In this document: positions 34,749-44,047 of the stretch, piece by piece
How positions within the stretch are numbered: position 1 is the first letter of the stretch
How the letters are laid out: each line of letters opens with the position of its first letter
Assembly (NCBI GenBank): GCA_934085565.1
Contig: CAKOHG010000003.1
Span: 112,247-176,246 of the forward strand
Length of the DNA: 64,000 nt
Direction of reading: 5' to 3'
From: an uncultured Bacilli bacterium
GTDB taxonomy: Bacteria > Bacillota_I > Bacilli_A > RF39 > UBA660
Position numbers and translations under genes: made by a program
The notes under the pieces: model-generated
The model's database searches: none
The model's input: the letters and a program-made list of their open reading frames with translations, nothing else
Told to the model about the DNA's origin: nothing

Positions 34749-35717
34749 TTATTTTTCAACATAAAAAGCATAATATTCATCAAAAGTAATATCTTCATCA
34801 TGCATTGTTTTAGCAGCTTCTAAACCAACATAACGCCAATGCCATGATTCAGGACTATAGCCTGTTAAATAAGTTTTTCCTTCTGGGTATCTTTCAATAA
34901 AACCATATTTATAAGCATTGTTTTTTAACCATTTATAAGCTTCACTATCCGTAAAACTATCGGCTAAAGGTTCTGTTTTACTGGTCATATCAATAACTAA
35001 ACCGGTTTGATGTTCAGAGTGTCCAGGACGAGCGGCTGTTTCATCGGCTTTTCTTTCACCTTGAGTAGATACCCGGTAGTCATAAATTTCTTTTTGACTT
35101 TCATAATCTCGGTAACTAGAGGTTACCATAAGATAAAATCCCTGGTCATTGGCTGCTTGCCATAATTCTAAAAATTTGTCATAGGCATAATCAATAAGTT
35201 TATTTTCACCTTCTTCGCCATAAGCGTAAGAAAGTTCAATGTTTTTTAAATTTTCGGGTGTATAAGTTTCACTTAAAGCGTAAAATTTATTGACGTTCAT
35301 GAGCATACTTAAATCTTCATTAGTATTAAGTTCTAGTTGATACCATTTATGATTTGCATGAACATTCACAATAGAAATTACTTTAGCATAATCGGTTTCA
35401 TTATTTTTGTTGATATATTCTTTGTAGTCTTCTAAGTTTTTTTCTAAAAAATATTTTTGCTCTAAAAGACTAATAATCTTATCATCTTTATCATTATCAA
35501 TCAGTTTTTGCTGTTCTGTTTCGCTAAGTTTTGCAAAAATAGTTTTGGTATCTTCTAAACTATAGCCTTTTTCTAAAAGTTTGTATTCATTTGTTTGTTT
35601 ATATTGATAGTCATTATAATAGTTGATACCTAGAAGAATACCCACTATTAAAAAGACGATAAAGGCACCAAAATAATAAACTTTTTTCTTTAATTTTAAT
35701 CGCTTTTTCTTTTTCAT
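34749..35717 (-). CDS. VanY-type D-alanyl-D-alanine carboxypeptidase (peptidase M15B), membrane-anchored
   Basis: N-terminal TM; SEHQTGLVIDM zinc-binding motif and ESWHWRY. The stop codon abuts the stop of the convergent gene. Confidence 0.75.
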   Translation of the reverse strand: MKKKKRLKLKKKVYYFGAFIVFLIVGILLGINYYNDYQYKQTNEYKLLEKGYSLEDTKTIFAKLSETEQQKLIDNDKDDKIISLLEQKYFLEKNLEDYKEYINKNNETDYAKVISIVNVHANHKWYQLELNTNEDLSMLMNVNKFYALSETYTPENLKNIELSYAYGEEGENKLIDYAYDKFLELWQAANDQGFYLMVTSSYRDYESQKEIYDYRVSTQGERKADETAARPGHSEHQTGLVIDMTSKTEPLADSFTDSEAYKWLKNNAYKYGFIERYPEGKTYLTGYSPESWHWRYVGLEAAKTMHDEDITFDEYYAFYVEK

Positions 35718-35817
35718 ATCAAAGCCTCATTTCTAGCTTCATTATAGCAATTTTCCTTGCTATTTTCCATCATTTGTTGTAACATTTACTTAAGAGTAGT
35801 AAAGGATAGGTGGTACA

Positions 35818-36186
35818 ATGAACGAAAAAGGAAAAGAAATACTTGCAAAGTGTCCTAATTTTAACCGCATTGTTAATTTTGACTATGCGAAAGACGACCA
35901 AATTACTGCAAAACTAATAACGGTTTACCGTGACTATATATTTAAAATTAATTTAGAAGATGAAAGTGAAGTAAAAAGCGTCACTGAAATTGATTATGTT
36001 TTAGGAAGATATATTGATGACTATCAATTTAGAAGAGAACTACGTTGTGAAATAGTTCATGTTAAAATAAAAAAAGGTTTATCTTTCTTTGAAAGTTTAA
36101 AAGCTATTGTTTATAGCATCTTACATATTTTTGATAATTATTTAGAAAATTCAACCCGGAGAATATCCATAGCAAGATGGATTTAG
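35818..36186 (+). CDS. Hypothetical protein
   Basis: ORF only. Confidence 0.3.
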   Translation: MNEKGKEILAKCPNFNRIVNFDYAKDDQITAKLITVYRDYIFKINLEDESEVKSVTEIDYVLGRYIDDYQFRRELRCEIVHVKIKKGLSFFESLKAIVYSILHIFDNYLENSTRRISIARWI

Positions 36187-36238
36187 ACTTGTTTCTTAAA
36201 ATAAATTTTGGTATAATCACTTTTGTCGGAGGTAGCAT

Positions 36239-36355
36239 ATGAAAGTTTACAAGAAAAATTTACCAGATGGTATTAAAAAAATGTTTGCTTTAGAAAAAGG
36301 CGTAAAAGTTAAATATTTAAATAAAAAATACTATGACAAGAAAAAAACAAAATAA
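36239..36355 (+). CDS. Small Lys-rich ORF (38 aa; MKVYKKNLPDGIKKMFALEKGVKVKYLNKKYYDKKKTK), absent from the ORF track
   Basis: Strong signals: TTGTTT-16-TGgTATAAT promoter at 36190..36217 and RBS GGAGGT 5 nt upstream of the ATG. Confidence 0.3.
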   Translation: MKVYKKNLPDGIKKMFALEKGVKVKYLNKKYYDKKKTK

Positions 36356-36358
36356 GAC

Positions 36359-36387
36359 TTGCATGACAGGAAATATTTTGTTATAAT
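36359..36387 (+). promoter_or_regulatory. Sigma-A promoter TTGCAT-17-TATAAT driving tRNA-Met
   Basis: Consensus-like hexamers with a 17-nt spacer, about 15 nt upstream of the mature tRNA 5' end. Confidence 0.55.
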
Positions 36388-36402
36388 CATCTTGTTCTTT
36401 TG

Positions 36403-36478
36403 GCGGGATAGCTCAGCTGGCTAGAGCGACCGGTTCATACCCGGTAGGTCGGGAGTTCAAGTCTCTCTCCCGCTACCA
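36403..36478 (+). tRNA. tRNA-Met (anticodon CAT), elongator type, CCA encoded
   Basis: Cloverleaf is derivable by hand: acceptor GGCGGGA/TCCCGCU, D-arm GCUC-AGCUGGCUA-GAGC, anticodon stem ACCGG/CCGGU with loop UUCAUAC, T-arm GGGAG-UUCAAGU-CUCUC, discriminator A plus CCA. Close to Bacillus tRNA-Met. Confidence 0.85.
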
Positions 36479-36513
36479 AAAAGATAGTAACTTGATTATT
36501 TCAAGTTTATATG

Positions 36514-36544
36514 AGTCATTATCCTTGGATAGTGGCTTTTTTTA
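36514..36544 (+). terminator. Rho-independent terminator after tRNA-Met
   Basis: 10-bp stem AGUCAUUAUC/GAUAGUGGCU (two G-U pairs) with a CUUG loop, followed by U7. Confidence 0.55.
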
Positions 36545-36573
36545 TAAAAATAAGTAAAGAAAGATGGAATTTT

Positions 36574-38772
36574 ATGGGAAAGATAGAAGGTAAGATTCGA
36601 AATGTTATTTTTAATAGTGAGTCGGGTTTTTTAGTGGCTGTTTTTAGAGTTAAAAAAGCTCATGACGAACTTTTAAAAGAGTTAGAAGGTAAAAGTATTA
36701 CTATAACAGGGATGATGGCAGAACAAAATACAGAAGATACTTATATTTTAGAAGGTAGCTATATTCGGCATGAAAGATATGGAATGCAATTTTCTTTTCA
36801 AACTTATGAAAAGAAGTTACCAGAAGGAAAAGATGGTGTCATTGATTTTCTAGCCAGTCCTTTAATTAAAGGCTGTGGTATTAAAACCGCGGAACAAATT
36901 GTCGCTACTTTAGGAGAAGATGCTTTAAAACTTATTAAAGAAAATAAAGAAAATTTATTTTTAGTACCTGGAATGACCCCTAAAAAATGTGAAGCTATTT
37001 ATATAAGTGTCTTATCCTATTCTGAAGTGGATGATACGATTATTAAATTAAAAAATTTAGGCTTTTCCATGAATGAAGCTACCAAACTTATTAAACATTA
37101 TCAAGACAAAACCATGGTTTTTGTAGAACAGAATCTTTACCTTTTTAAAGAATTTATTCCTTTTAATAAATTAGATGCCATTTATTTAAAAATTCATGAA
37201 GCAGATGATGCTTTACGTATTAAAGAATGCTTAAAAGAAGCGATGGAAAGACAAAGCAGAGAAAGCGGAGATGCTTACTACTATTTAGATGAAATAAAAG
37301 AGAAAGTAAAAAAAGAATTTCAAATTCTTTTAGATGATGATACTTTAGAAAAATATTTAGATGAATTAGTAAATAGTAAAGATGTTATCATTGAAGAAGA
37401 TAATATTTATTTAAAAAAATATTATGATATGGAATGTGATATTGCCCATATTTTAAAAAGAATGAGTACATATCCTAAGAAAAGTATTAAAGGGTTAAAA
37501 GAAAAATTAGGCTATTTAGAAGATGTTTTAGAGGTAAAGTATAATAAAGATCAAGAAACTGCAATTATGACAGCTTTACAAAATCCTGTTTCAATTATTT
37601 CGGGAGGTCCAGGTACTGGTAAAACAACCATTGTGAATGCTATTACGAGATTGTTTATTGAAGTGTACAAACTTTCTCCTTTAGAAGTTTCTAGCCAAAT
37701 AGCCCTTCTAGCCCCGACAGGAAGAGCGGCTAAAAAGCTTTCGACAAGTACCCATTTACCAGCTTCTACCATTCATCGGTATTTAAAATGGAATAAAGAT
37801 ACAAATGATTTTCAAATTAACGAATATAATAAAAATTATCAAAAACTTATAATCGTGGATGAAACCAGTATGATTGATGAATATTTATTTGTTTCTTTAT
37901 TAAAGGGCATACCCGAATCAAGTCAAATTGTTTTTGTTGGCGATACTTTTCAACTTCCAAGCGTGGGAGCTGGTTTGATTTTAAATGATTTAGTTACTTC
38001 TCAACTTTTTCCTTATACTTCCTTAGATATGATTTATAGACAAAGTGAGAATTCTTATATTCCTATTTTAGCCAAAGAAATTAAAGAAAAGAATTTAAGT
38101 GAATCTTTTTTAGAGAAGAAAGATGATTATAATTTTCTTCCTTGTGAAGCTAAGAACTTAAAAGAAATGATAAGGCAAATTATTTTAAGAAGTCAAAGTA
38201 AGGGTTTAAAAGTAGAAGATGTTCAAATTCTTGCCCCTATGTATAAAGGAGAGAATGGCATTGATAATTTAAATGTTTTATTACAAGAGCTTTTTAATCC
38301 TCATGACGAGACTAAAAAGGAATTAAAATACTTTGATGTTGTTTACAGGGAGAAAGACAAAGTTTTACAACTTATCAATAATCCGGATTGTAATGTTTAT
38401 AATGGCGATATTGGTTATATTGATTCCATTAAAGAAATAGATAATCCTTATAAACACACCGAGGTTACCATTGATTTTGATGGTAATAAAGTCGTGTATA
38501 AAACGGAAGATTTACAAAGTATTAAACATGCTTATGCGATGACGATTCATAAAAGCCAAGGTAGTGAATTTCCTCATGTTATTTTACCAGTTACCAAAAA
38601 TTACTATAAAATGCTTTACAATAAACTCATTTACACAGGAGTCTCAAGAGCTAAAAAAAGTCTCGTTATTATTGGGGAAAAAGAAGCTTTTATGATGAGT
38701 GTTTATAATGATTACGCTACAAACCGTAAAACAGGTTTAAAAGAAAAGTTAATGTATAATTTTAGTCATTAA
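36574..38772 (+). CDS. recD2: ATP-dependent RecD-like DNA helicase (RecD2/YrrC family)
   Basis: Start is probably MGKIEGKIRNVIF at 36574, because the upstream part of the tracked ORF overlaps the tRNA terminator. Walker A ISGGPGTGKTT, Walker B IIVDETSM, C-terminal motifs AMTIHKSQGSEF; about 730 aa. Confidence 0.85.
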   Translation: MGKIEGKIRNVIFNSESGFLVAVFRVKKAHDELLKELEGKSITITGMMAEQNTEDTYILEGSYIRHERYGMQFSFQTYEKKLPEGKDGVIDFLASPLIKGCGIKTAEQIVATLGEDALKLIKENKENLFLVPGMTPKKCEAIYISVLSYSEVDDTIIKLKNLGFSMNEATKLIKHYQDKTMVFVEQNLYLFKEFIPFNKLDAIYLKIHEADDALRIKECLKEAMERQSRESGDAYYYLDEIKEKVKKEFQILLDDDTLEKYLDELVNSKDVIIEEDNIYLKKYYDMECDIAHILKRMSTYPKKSIKGLKEKLGYLEDVLEVKYNKDQETAIMTALQNPVSIISGGPGTGKTTIVNAITRLFIEVYKLSPLEVSSQIALLAPTGRAAKKLSTSTHLPASTIHRYLKWNKDTNDFQINEYNKNYQKLIIVDETSMIDEYLFVSLLKGIPESSQIVFVGDTFQLPSVGAGLILNDLVTSQLFPYTSLDMIYRQSENSYIPILAKEIKEKNLSESFLEKKDDYNFLPCEAKNLKEMIRQIILRSQSKGLKVEDVQILAPMYKGENGIDNLNVLLQELFNPHDETKKELKYFDVVYREKDKVLQLINNPDCNVYNGDIGYIDSIKEIDNPYKHTEVTIDFDGNKVVYKTEDLQSIKHAYAMTIHKSQGSEFPHVILPVTKNYYKMLYNKLIYTGVSRAKKSLVIIGEKEAFMMSVYNDYATNRKTGLKEKLMYNFSH

Positions 38773-38799
38773 GGGCATATTAAGCTTGAGGTGAATAAA

Positions 38800-38967
38800 A
38801 TGAAAAATATGTTAACAGGTGTTTTAATAGGCATGACTGCTGGCATGGGAGTGGCTGCCTATTGTCTTTCTAATCCATCCGCCCAGAAAAAAGCCAATAA
38901 AATGCTTAATAAAGCTATGGATAATGCCAATATGATGATGGATGATGTGAAAAGAAAAATGCGTTAA
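38800..38967 (+). CDS. Small membrane-associated protein (55 aa), absent from the ORF track
   Basis: RBS GAGGTG 7 nt upstream; one hydrophobic helix (LTGVLIGMTAGMGVAAYCL) then a charged tail. Confidence 0.3.
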   Translation: MKNMLTGVLIGMTAGMGVAAYCLSNPSAQKKANKMLNKAMDNANMMMDDVKRKMR

Positions 38968-39115
38968 AGAGGTCTATGATGGCCTTTTTTTCATGGTTAG
39001 ATACTTTATGCCTTTTTTATAAAAAAGCAACTAGTTTTGTCTTTTTAAAATTCTTTCTTGATTTACCTAAGTAAAACAGATATAATTTTAATAGAGTAGA
39101 ATACGAGGGAGAAAT

Positions 39116-40636
39116 ATGAAATTAAGATATAAGATAAGCTTAGTGGTAGTAGCTTTTTTAATTATAGCTAGTTTGTTTTTAGTTCAAAGTTATGCGTTGT
39201 GGTTAACGACTTATGAAGGACAAGAAAATATTTTAAGTGTTGGTTGTTTTGATGTTGACTTAGAAGAATTATCAAAACCAATTTCATTAAATAATACTTA
39301 CCCAATGAGTGATCAAAAAGGACTAACGCAAACTCCTTATAAATTTACGATAAAAAATACTTGTAATACTTCTGCAGAATATACGATTACTTTAAATACA
39401 TTAAAAACAGCTACTATGGATAAAAGTAAAATTAAGTTTGCTTTTACAAGTGGTACTGATGTTCCAACAAGTGGTGTTAATTTAGGAACTTATGCTTCTG
39501 TAACGTCTAATATAAATACAGATTTAGCTTATTTACAAACAGCAAATATTTTAGGTGATACTTTAAATGAATCTTTTATTCTTCAAAAAGGTGTTTTAAA
39601 AAATGAAAATGATACGGCTTCATTTAATCTTTATTTATGGATAGATGAAACAGCTGGGAATGAAGTACAAGGACAAAAATTTGTGGCAAGTGTTAATGTA
39701 CTTGCTAATGCAACTACGGTAGAACCAACGGCAGCAGATACGATTTCTAACTTAGCAAATGGCGCAAATAAATCTTCAACAGATGTTTATACCGTACCAG
39801 ATAAAACAAGTGATAGTTGTACTTATACTGTAGCTTATGATGGAACGAGTGATAACAATTTGAGATATGTTGGGTCTAATCCATGTAATTATGTTACATT
39901 TAATGGTGAAGAAGCAGGATGGAGAATTATAGGCGTATTAAATACTCCAGAAGGCCAAAGAGTAAAATTAATACGTGATGAATCTATAGGAACATATTCA
40001 AGGAGTAATAGCGGTACTGATTGGACAAATAGCGATTTAAAAGAAATGTTAAATAATGGTGCCTATTATAATAGGACAACTGGTCAATATTATAATAATA
40101 GTACGGCAATAACATTGGATTTTACAAGTACCGGTTTAACAGAAGAAGCCAGAAATCAAATAGATACGGTAACATGGAATTTAGGCGGATCAAGTGTTTA
40201 CAGTAGTGCAAATACAATTCAATTTTATACATATGAAAGAGGCACAGATGTATATAGTTGGGAATATCCAACTAAATGGCAAGGAAAAGTTGGATTAATG
40301 TATCCTTCTGATTACGGTTATGCCACGAGCGGAGGAAGTGACAGTAATCGAACCAGCTGTCTAAATAAAGAATTATATGAGTGGGATGATAGCTCTTATA
40401 GTGATTGTAAAAATAATGATTGGCTTTATAAATCTAGTACATATCAATGGACACTAACTTCGTATTCGGCTAATGATAGTGATGCATTTTACACCACTGA
40501 CAGTGGAGCCGTTTATATTGGCAGTCCATCAGAACCTCTGGCAATCCTTCCTTCGGTTTATTTAATATCTAAAACAACGATTTTAAGTGGAGAAGGTACT
40601 CCAGAAAATCCATATACAATAGGATTAAGTGAATAA
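39116..40636 (+). CDS. Secreted 506-aa protein with a TasA/camelysin-like (SipW-cognate-type) N-terminal signal region
   Basis: RBS GAGGGAG. N-terminus MKLRYKISLVVVAFLIIASLFLVQSYALWLTTYEGQENILSVGCFDVDL parallels the TasA signal GGGTWAAFNDIKSKDATFASGTLDL. The rest is S/T/N/Y-rich. Confidence 0.45.
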   Translation: MKLRYKISLVVVAFLIIASLFLVQSYALWLTTYEGQENILSVGCFDVDLEELSKPISLNNTYPMSDQKGLTQTPYKFTIKNTCNTSAEYTITLNTLKTATMDKSKIKFAFTSGTDVPTSGVNLGTYASVTSNINTDLAYLQTANILGDTLNESFILQKGVLKNENDTASFNLYLWIDETAGNEVQGQKFVASVNVLANATTVEPTAADTISNLANGANKSSTDVYTVPDKTSDSCTYTVAYDGTSDNNLRYVGSNPCNYVTFNGEEAGWRIIGVLNTPEGQRVKLIRDESIGTYSRSNSGTDWTNSDLKEMLNNGAYYNRTTGQYYNNSTAITLDFTSTGLTEEARNQIDTVTWNLGGSSVYSSANTIQFYTYERGTDVYSWEYPTKWQGKVGLMYPSDYGYATSGGSDSNRTSCLNKELYEWDDSSYSDCKNNDWLYKSSTYQWTLTSYSANDSDAFYTTDSGAVYIGSPSEPLAILPSVYLISKTTILSGEGTPENPYTIGLSE

Positions 40637-40645
40637 TTGAATATA

Positions 40646-40682
40646 AACTAACATTTTTAGGAATAGAGTGTTAGTTTTTTAT
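40646..40682 (+). terminator. Rho-independent terminator
   Basis: 8-bp stem AACTAACA/TGTTAGTT with a 15-nt loop and a T-run. Confidence 0.5.
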
Positions 40683-40862
40683 TTGAAATAAAATTCTTAT
40701 ATTTAATGCTTTTTCTTGATTTTGTTTTTGATGTGATTTTTAAGTATTATAAAGTAGATTTATATGTTAGAATATTGTTACTGTTTTTGGATTTATATCT
40801 TGTCAAAAAATAGTAATATATGATATGATGTCTTCGGTTTGAAAACTTGTGTGTAGTAAGGT

Positions 40863-41555
40863 GTGGTAGTAATGAATAATCAAGTGAATACAATGGATTT
40901 AAATAGAGATAAAACTTTTATATATTCTTTAAATAGAACAATGTATTTTTTTATTAAAAGATTATTTGATATTTTAATGTCTATTATAGGAATTATTGTG
41001 ATGATACCTATAGCTTTAATCGTTAAAATTTCTTATATGTTAACGGGTGATTTTGATAGTATTTTTTATAGTCAAAAAAGAATTGGAAAAAATGGAGTGG
41101 AGTTTAATTTTTATAAATTTAGAAGCATGATTCCAAATGCCGATGAAGTCTTAAAAGAGTTGTTAAAAAACGATAAAAAACTTGCTAAAGAATATAAAAT
41201 AAATAAAAAATTAGAACATGATCCAAGGGTTACTAAAATGGGAAATATCCTTAGAAAAACCTCACTCGATGAACTGCCTCAGGTTTTGAATATTATAAAA
41301 TCGGATATGTCGGTCGTCGGGAACCGCCCGTATTTACCAAGAGAAAAAGAAGATATGGGAATTTATTACAATGATATTATTAAAACAAAACCAGGTCTTA
41401 CAGGTTTATGGCAAGTCAGTGGAAGAAGCAACACAACTTTTGAAGAACGTTTGAGATTTGAACAAGAATATTCCAATACCTATGGTTTTAAGTTAGATAT
41501 AAAGATATTTTTTAAAACATTTGGGGCTGTGTTTAAACATAAGGGGGCTAAATAG
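40863..41555 (+). CDS. Initiating sugar phosphotransferase (bacterial sugar transferase family; polyprenyl-phosphate glycosyl-1-phosphate transferase)
   Basis: KRLFDILMSIIGIIVMIPI TM; KRIGKNGVEFNFYKFRSM; DELPQVLNIIKSDMSVVGNRP (Bac_transf signature). Confidence 0.8.
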   Translation: MVVMNNQVNTMDLNRDKTFIYSLNRTMYFFIKRLFDILMSIIGIIVMIPIALIVKISYMLTGDFDSIFYSQKRIGKNGVEFNFYKFRSMIPNADEVLKELLKNDKKLAKEYKINKKLEHDPRVTKMGNILRKTSLDELPQVLNIIKSDMSVVGNRPYLPREKEDMGIYYNDIIKTKPGLTGLWQVSGRSNTTFEERLRFEQEYSNTYGFKLDIKIFFKTFGAVFKHKGAK

Positions 41556-42685
41556 TGAAAAATCAAGAACCTATTAGAGTTGCTCAGATTGTTGGTAAAT
41601 GGGTTGGCGGCGGCGTTGAGGCTGTAGTAATGAATTATTATAAAAATATTGATAGAACGAAAATACAATTTGATTTTCTTTTCGATGATGATTCAATTGG
41701 TATTCCATATGAAGAAATCAAAAATTTGGGGGGAAGGGTTATTTTGATACCCCCATATCAAAAAATTTTTAAATATCATTATGAGTTGAAAAAAGTCTTG
41801 AAAGATGGGAATTATAAGATTGTTCATTCACACATCAACGCTTTGTCTGTTTTTAGTTTATTTGCTGCAAAGTGTGCAGGAGTACCGGTAAGAATCGCCC
41901 ATAGTCATAGCACGACTAATAGAAGAGAATGGAAAAAAAACTTATTAAAGCAATTATTGAGACCTTTTAGTAAAATATTTGCTACAAATTATATGTGTTG
42001 CAGTGAAATGGCTGGACGATGGTTATTTGGCGATAGAGAATATGATAGAGGAAATGTGTATCTTTTAAATAATGCAATCGATTTAGATAAGTTTAAATAT
42101 AATGCGAAAATAAGAAAAGCAATAAAAAATGAACTTAATATACCTGAATCAACACTAGTTATCGGACATGTTGGTAGATTCGTTGCTCAAAAAAATCATT
42201 CTTTTTTAATTGATGTATTTAATGAGTTTCATAAACAAAATAAAGATGCCGTTTTGATTCTGGTGGGACAAGGTCCACTAATGGAAGAAATACAGAAAAA
42301 AGTCGCGGATTTGAATTTAAATAAAAACGTTAGATTTTTGGGACAAAGAAATAATGTAAATGAATTATATAATGCAATGGATTTATTTCTTTTTCCGAGC
42401 TTATATGAAGGCCTTGGTATGGTTACAATAGAAGCACAAGCAAACTGCTTGAGCTGTCTTGTAAGTGATAAAGTTCCTTTAGCTGCTAAGATTTCAAAAT
42501 ATATAACATTTTGTTCACTCAATAAATCAGCTAAAGAGTGGGCTGAGCAGGCTGCTAAAATGGTGAATGAGTCAAAAATCAGAGGTAGCAAAAAATATGA
42601 AAGTGGCAATTATGACATAAAAAAAGAAGCCAAAAAATTAGAAAATAAATATATATTATATTGGAGGGAAAAAATTGATATTTGA
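41555..42685 (+). CDS. Family 4 (GT-B) glycosyltransferase
   Basis: C-terminal EGLGMVTIEAQANCLSCLVSD with the E-x7-E motif typical of GT4. Confidence 0.75.
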   Translation: MKNQEPIRVAQIVGKWVGGGVEAVVMNYYKNIDRTKIQFDFLFDDDSIGIPYEEIKNLGGRVILIPPYQKIFKYHYELKKVLKDGNYKIVHSHINALSVFSLFAAKCAGVPVRIAHSHSTTNRREWKKNLLKQLLRPFSKIFATNYMCCSEMAGRWLFGDREYDRGNVYLLNNAIDLDKFKYNAKIRKAIKNELNIPESTLVIGHVGRFVAQKNHSFLIDVFNEFHKQNKDAVLILVGQGPLMEEIQKKVADLNLNKNVRFLGQRNNVNELYNAMDLFLFPSLYEGLGMVTIEAQANCLSCLVSDKVPLAAKISKYITFCSLNKSAKEWAEQAAKMVNESKIRGSKKYESGNYDIKKEAKKLENKYILYWREKIDI

Positions 42686-43256
42686 GTATTTTGATTTCGT
42701 TTTAGGACTTGTTAAATTTTTCGTTTATAGAATTTTTTATTTTAATAGATTAAATGTTAAAGGGATACAAAAATTTTCTTTTCATACAAATTTTTGTGTA
42801 AAAAAGAATTCTAAAATTAATTTTGAACGTAACTGTAGAACAAGAAGAAATTGTACTTTTTATTGTTATGATGGTGCAACTATTGATGTTGGAAAAAATG
42901 TTTTTTTTAATGAAGGAAATATAATAAGTGCTAGAGAAAAAATTACAATTGGTGATAATTGCAATTTTGGAAATAACGTTTCTATTTATGACAATGATCA
43001 TGACTATAAGAATGATTTGAACAAGTATTTGACATCTAACGTAACAATTGGAAATAATGTATGGGTTGGAGCAGGAAGTATTATTTTGAGGGGAGTTTCT
43101 ATTGGGGATAATTGTGTAATAGCTGCTGGAACAATTGTAAATAAAAATATTCCAAACAATACAATTGTTTATCAAAAAAGAATGACTATAATTAATGATT
43201 TTAAAGAAACTACAAGAATTGATGAGAATAAGGAGAAGGAGTATGCCAAAAATTAG
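42675..43256 (+). CDS. Hexapeptide-repeat (left-handed beta-helix) sugar O-acetyltransferase
   Basis: IGDNCNFGNNVSIYD...IGNNVWVGAGSIILRGVSIGDNCVIAAGTIV hexapeptide repeats. Confidence 0.7.
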   Translation: MIFEYFDFVLGLVKFFVYRIFYFNRLNVKGIQKFSFHTNFCVKKNSKINFERNCRTRRNCTFYCYDGATIDVGKNVFFNEGNIISAREKITIGDNCNFGNNVSIYDNDHDYKNDLNKYLTSNVTIGNNVWVGAGSIILRGVSIGDNCVIAAGTIVNKNIPNNTIVYQKRMTIINDFKETTRIDENKEKEYAKN

Positions 43257-44043
43257 TGTAATAATGGGAATTTACAATACAAAGAGTAAGAAATATTTGG
43301 AAGTATCTATAAATTCTATTCTTTCTCAAACATACAAGGATTTTGAATTGATAATATGTGATGATGGATCATCTAATGATTGTGTAAAATGGGCCAAAGA
43401 AATATGTAAGAATGATAACAGAGTGATTTTTATAAAAAATGATACTAATCGTGGATTGGCATATACATTAAATCATTGTTTAAAATATGCAACAGGTGAA
43501 TTTGTTGCTAGGATGGATGATGACGACTTTTCACATATTGATAGATTTGAAAAACAAGTTAATGTTTTAGAAAAAAATAGAGATATAGATTTGGTGTCTT
43601 GCAACATCAATCTTTTTGATGACAATGGAGTGTATAATTCTTTAAAGTATCCAGCGGATATTAAGAATAAAGATTTTTTGTTTAATAGTCCAATTGTCCA
43701 TCCTGCGATAATGGCTAGAAAGTCTGCATTTGATAAAGTTGGGGGATATAAAGATAGTAAATATACCATTCGTGTTGAGGATTACGATCTTTTTATGAGA
43801 ATGAAGGCTGCAAATATTAAAATGTATGTCATTCAGGATATTTTATTTGATTATAGAGATGATCAGGCAAATTCTATTCGAAGAAAAAAATACAAATATA
43901 GAATTAATGAATTTTTTGTGAGATTAAATGGATTTAAAAAATTGCATCTGCTTCCTAAAGGATTAATATATGCATTTAAGCCGCTTATTGTTGGAATATT
44001 ACCTGTTAATGTAATTAGAAAAATAAGAGAGAGGAAGAAATGA
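43243..44043 (+). CDS. Family 2 glycosyltransferase
   Basis: The track starts at 43195; the ATG at 43243 with RBS AGGAGAAGGA is likelier. ISVIMGIYN...ICDDGSSND...ARMDDDD. Confidence 0.75.
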   Translation: MPKISVIMGIYNTKSKKYLEVSINSILSQTYKDFELIICDDGSSNDCVKWAKEICKNDNRVIFIKNDTNRGLAYTLNHCLKYATGEFVARMDDDDFSHIDRFEKQVNVLEKNRDIDLVSCNINLFDDNGVYNSLKYPADIKNKDFLFNSPIVHPAIMARKSAFDKVGGYKDSKYTIRVEDYDLFMRMKAANIKMYVIQDILFDYRDDQANSIRRKKYKYRINEFFVRLNGFKKLHLLPKGLIYAFKPLIVGILPVNVIRKIRERKK

Positions 44044-44047
44044 GAAA

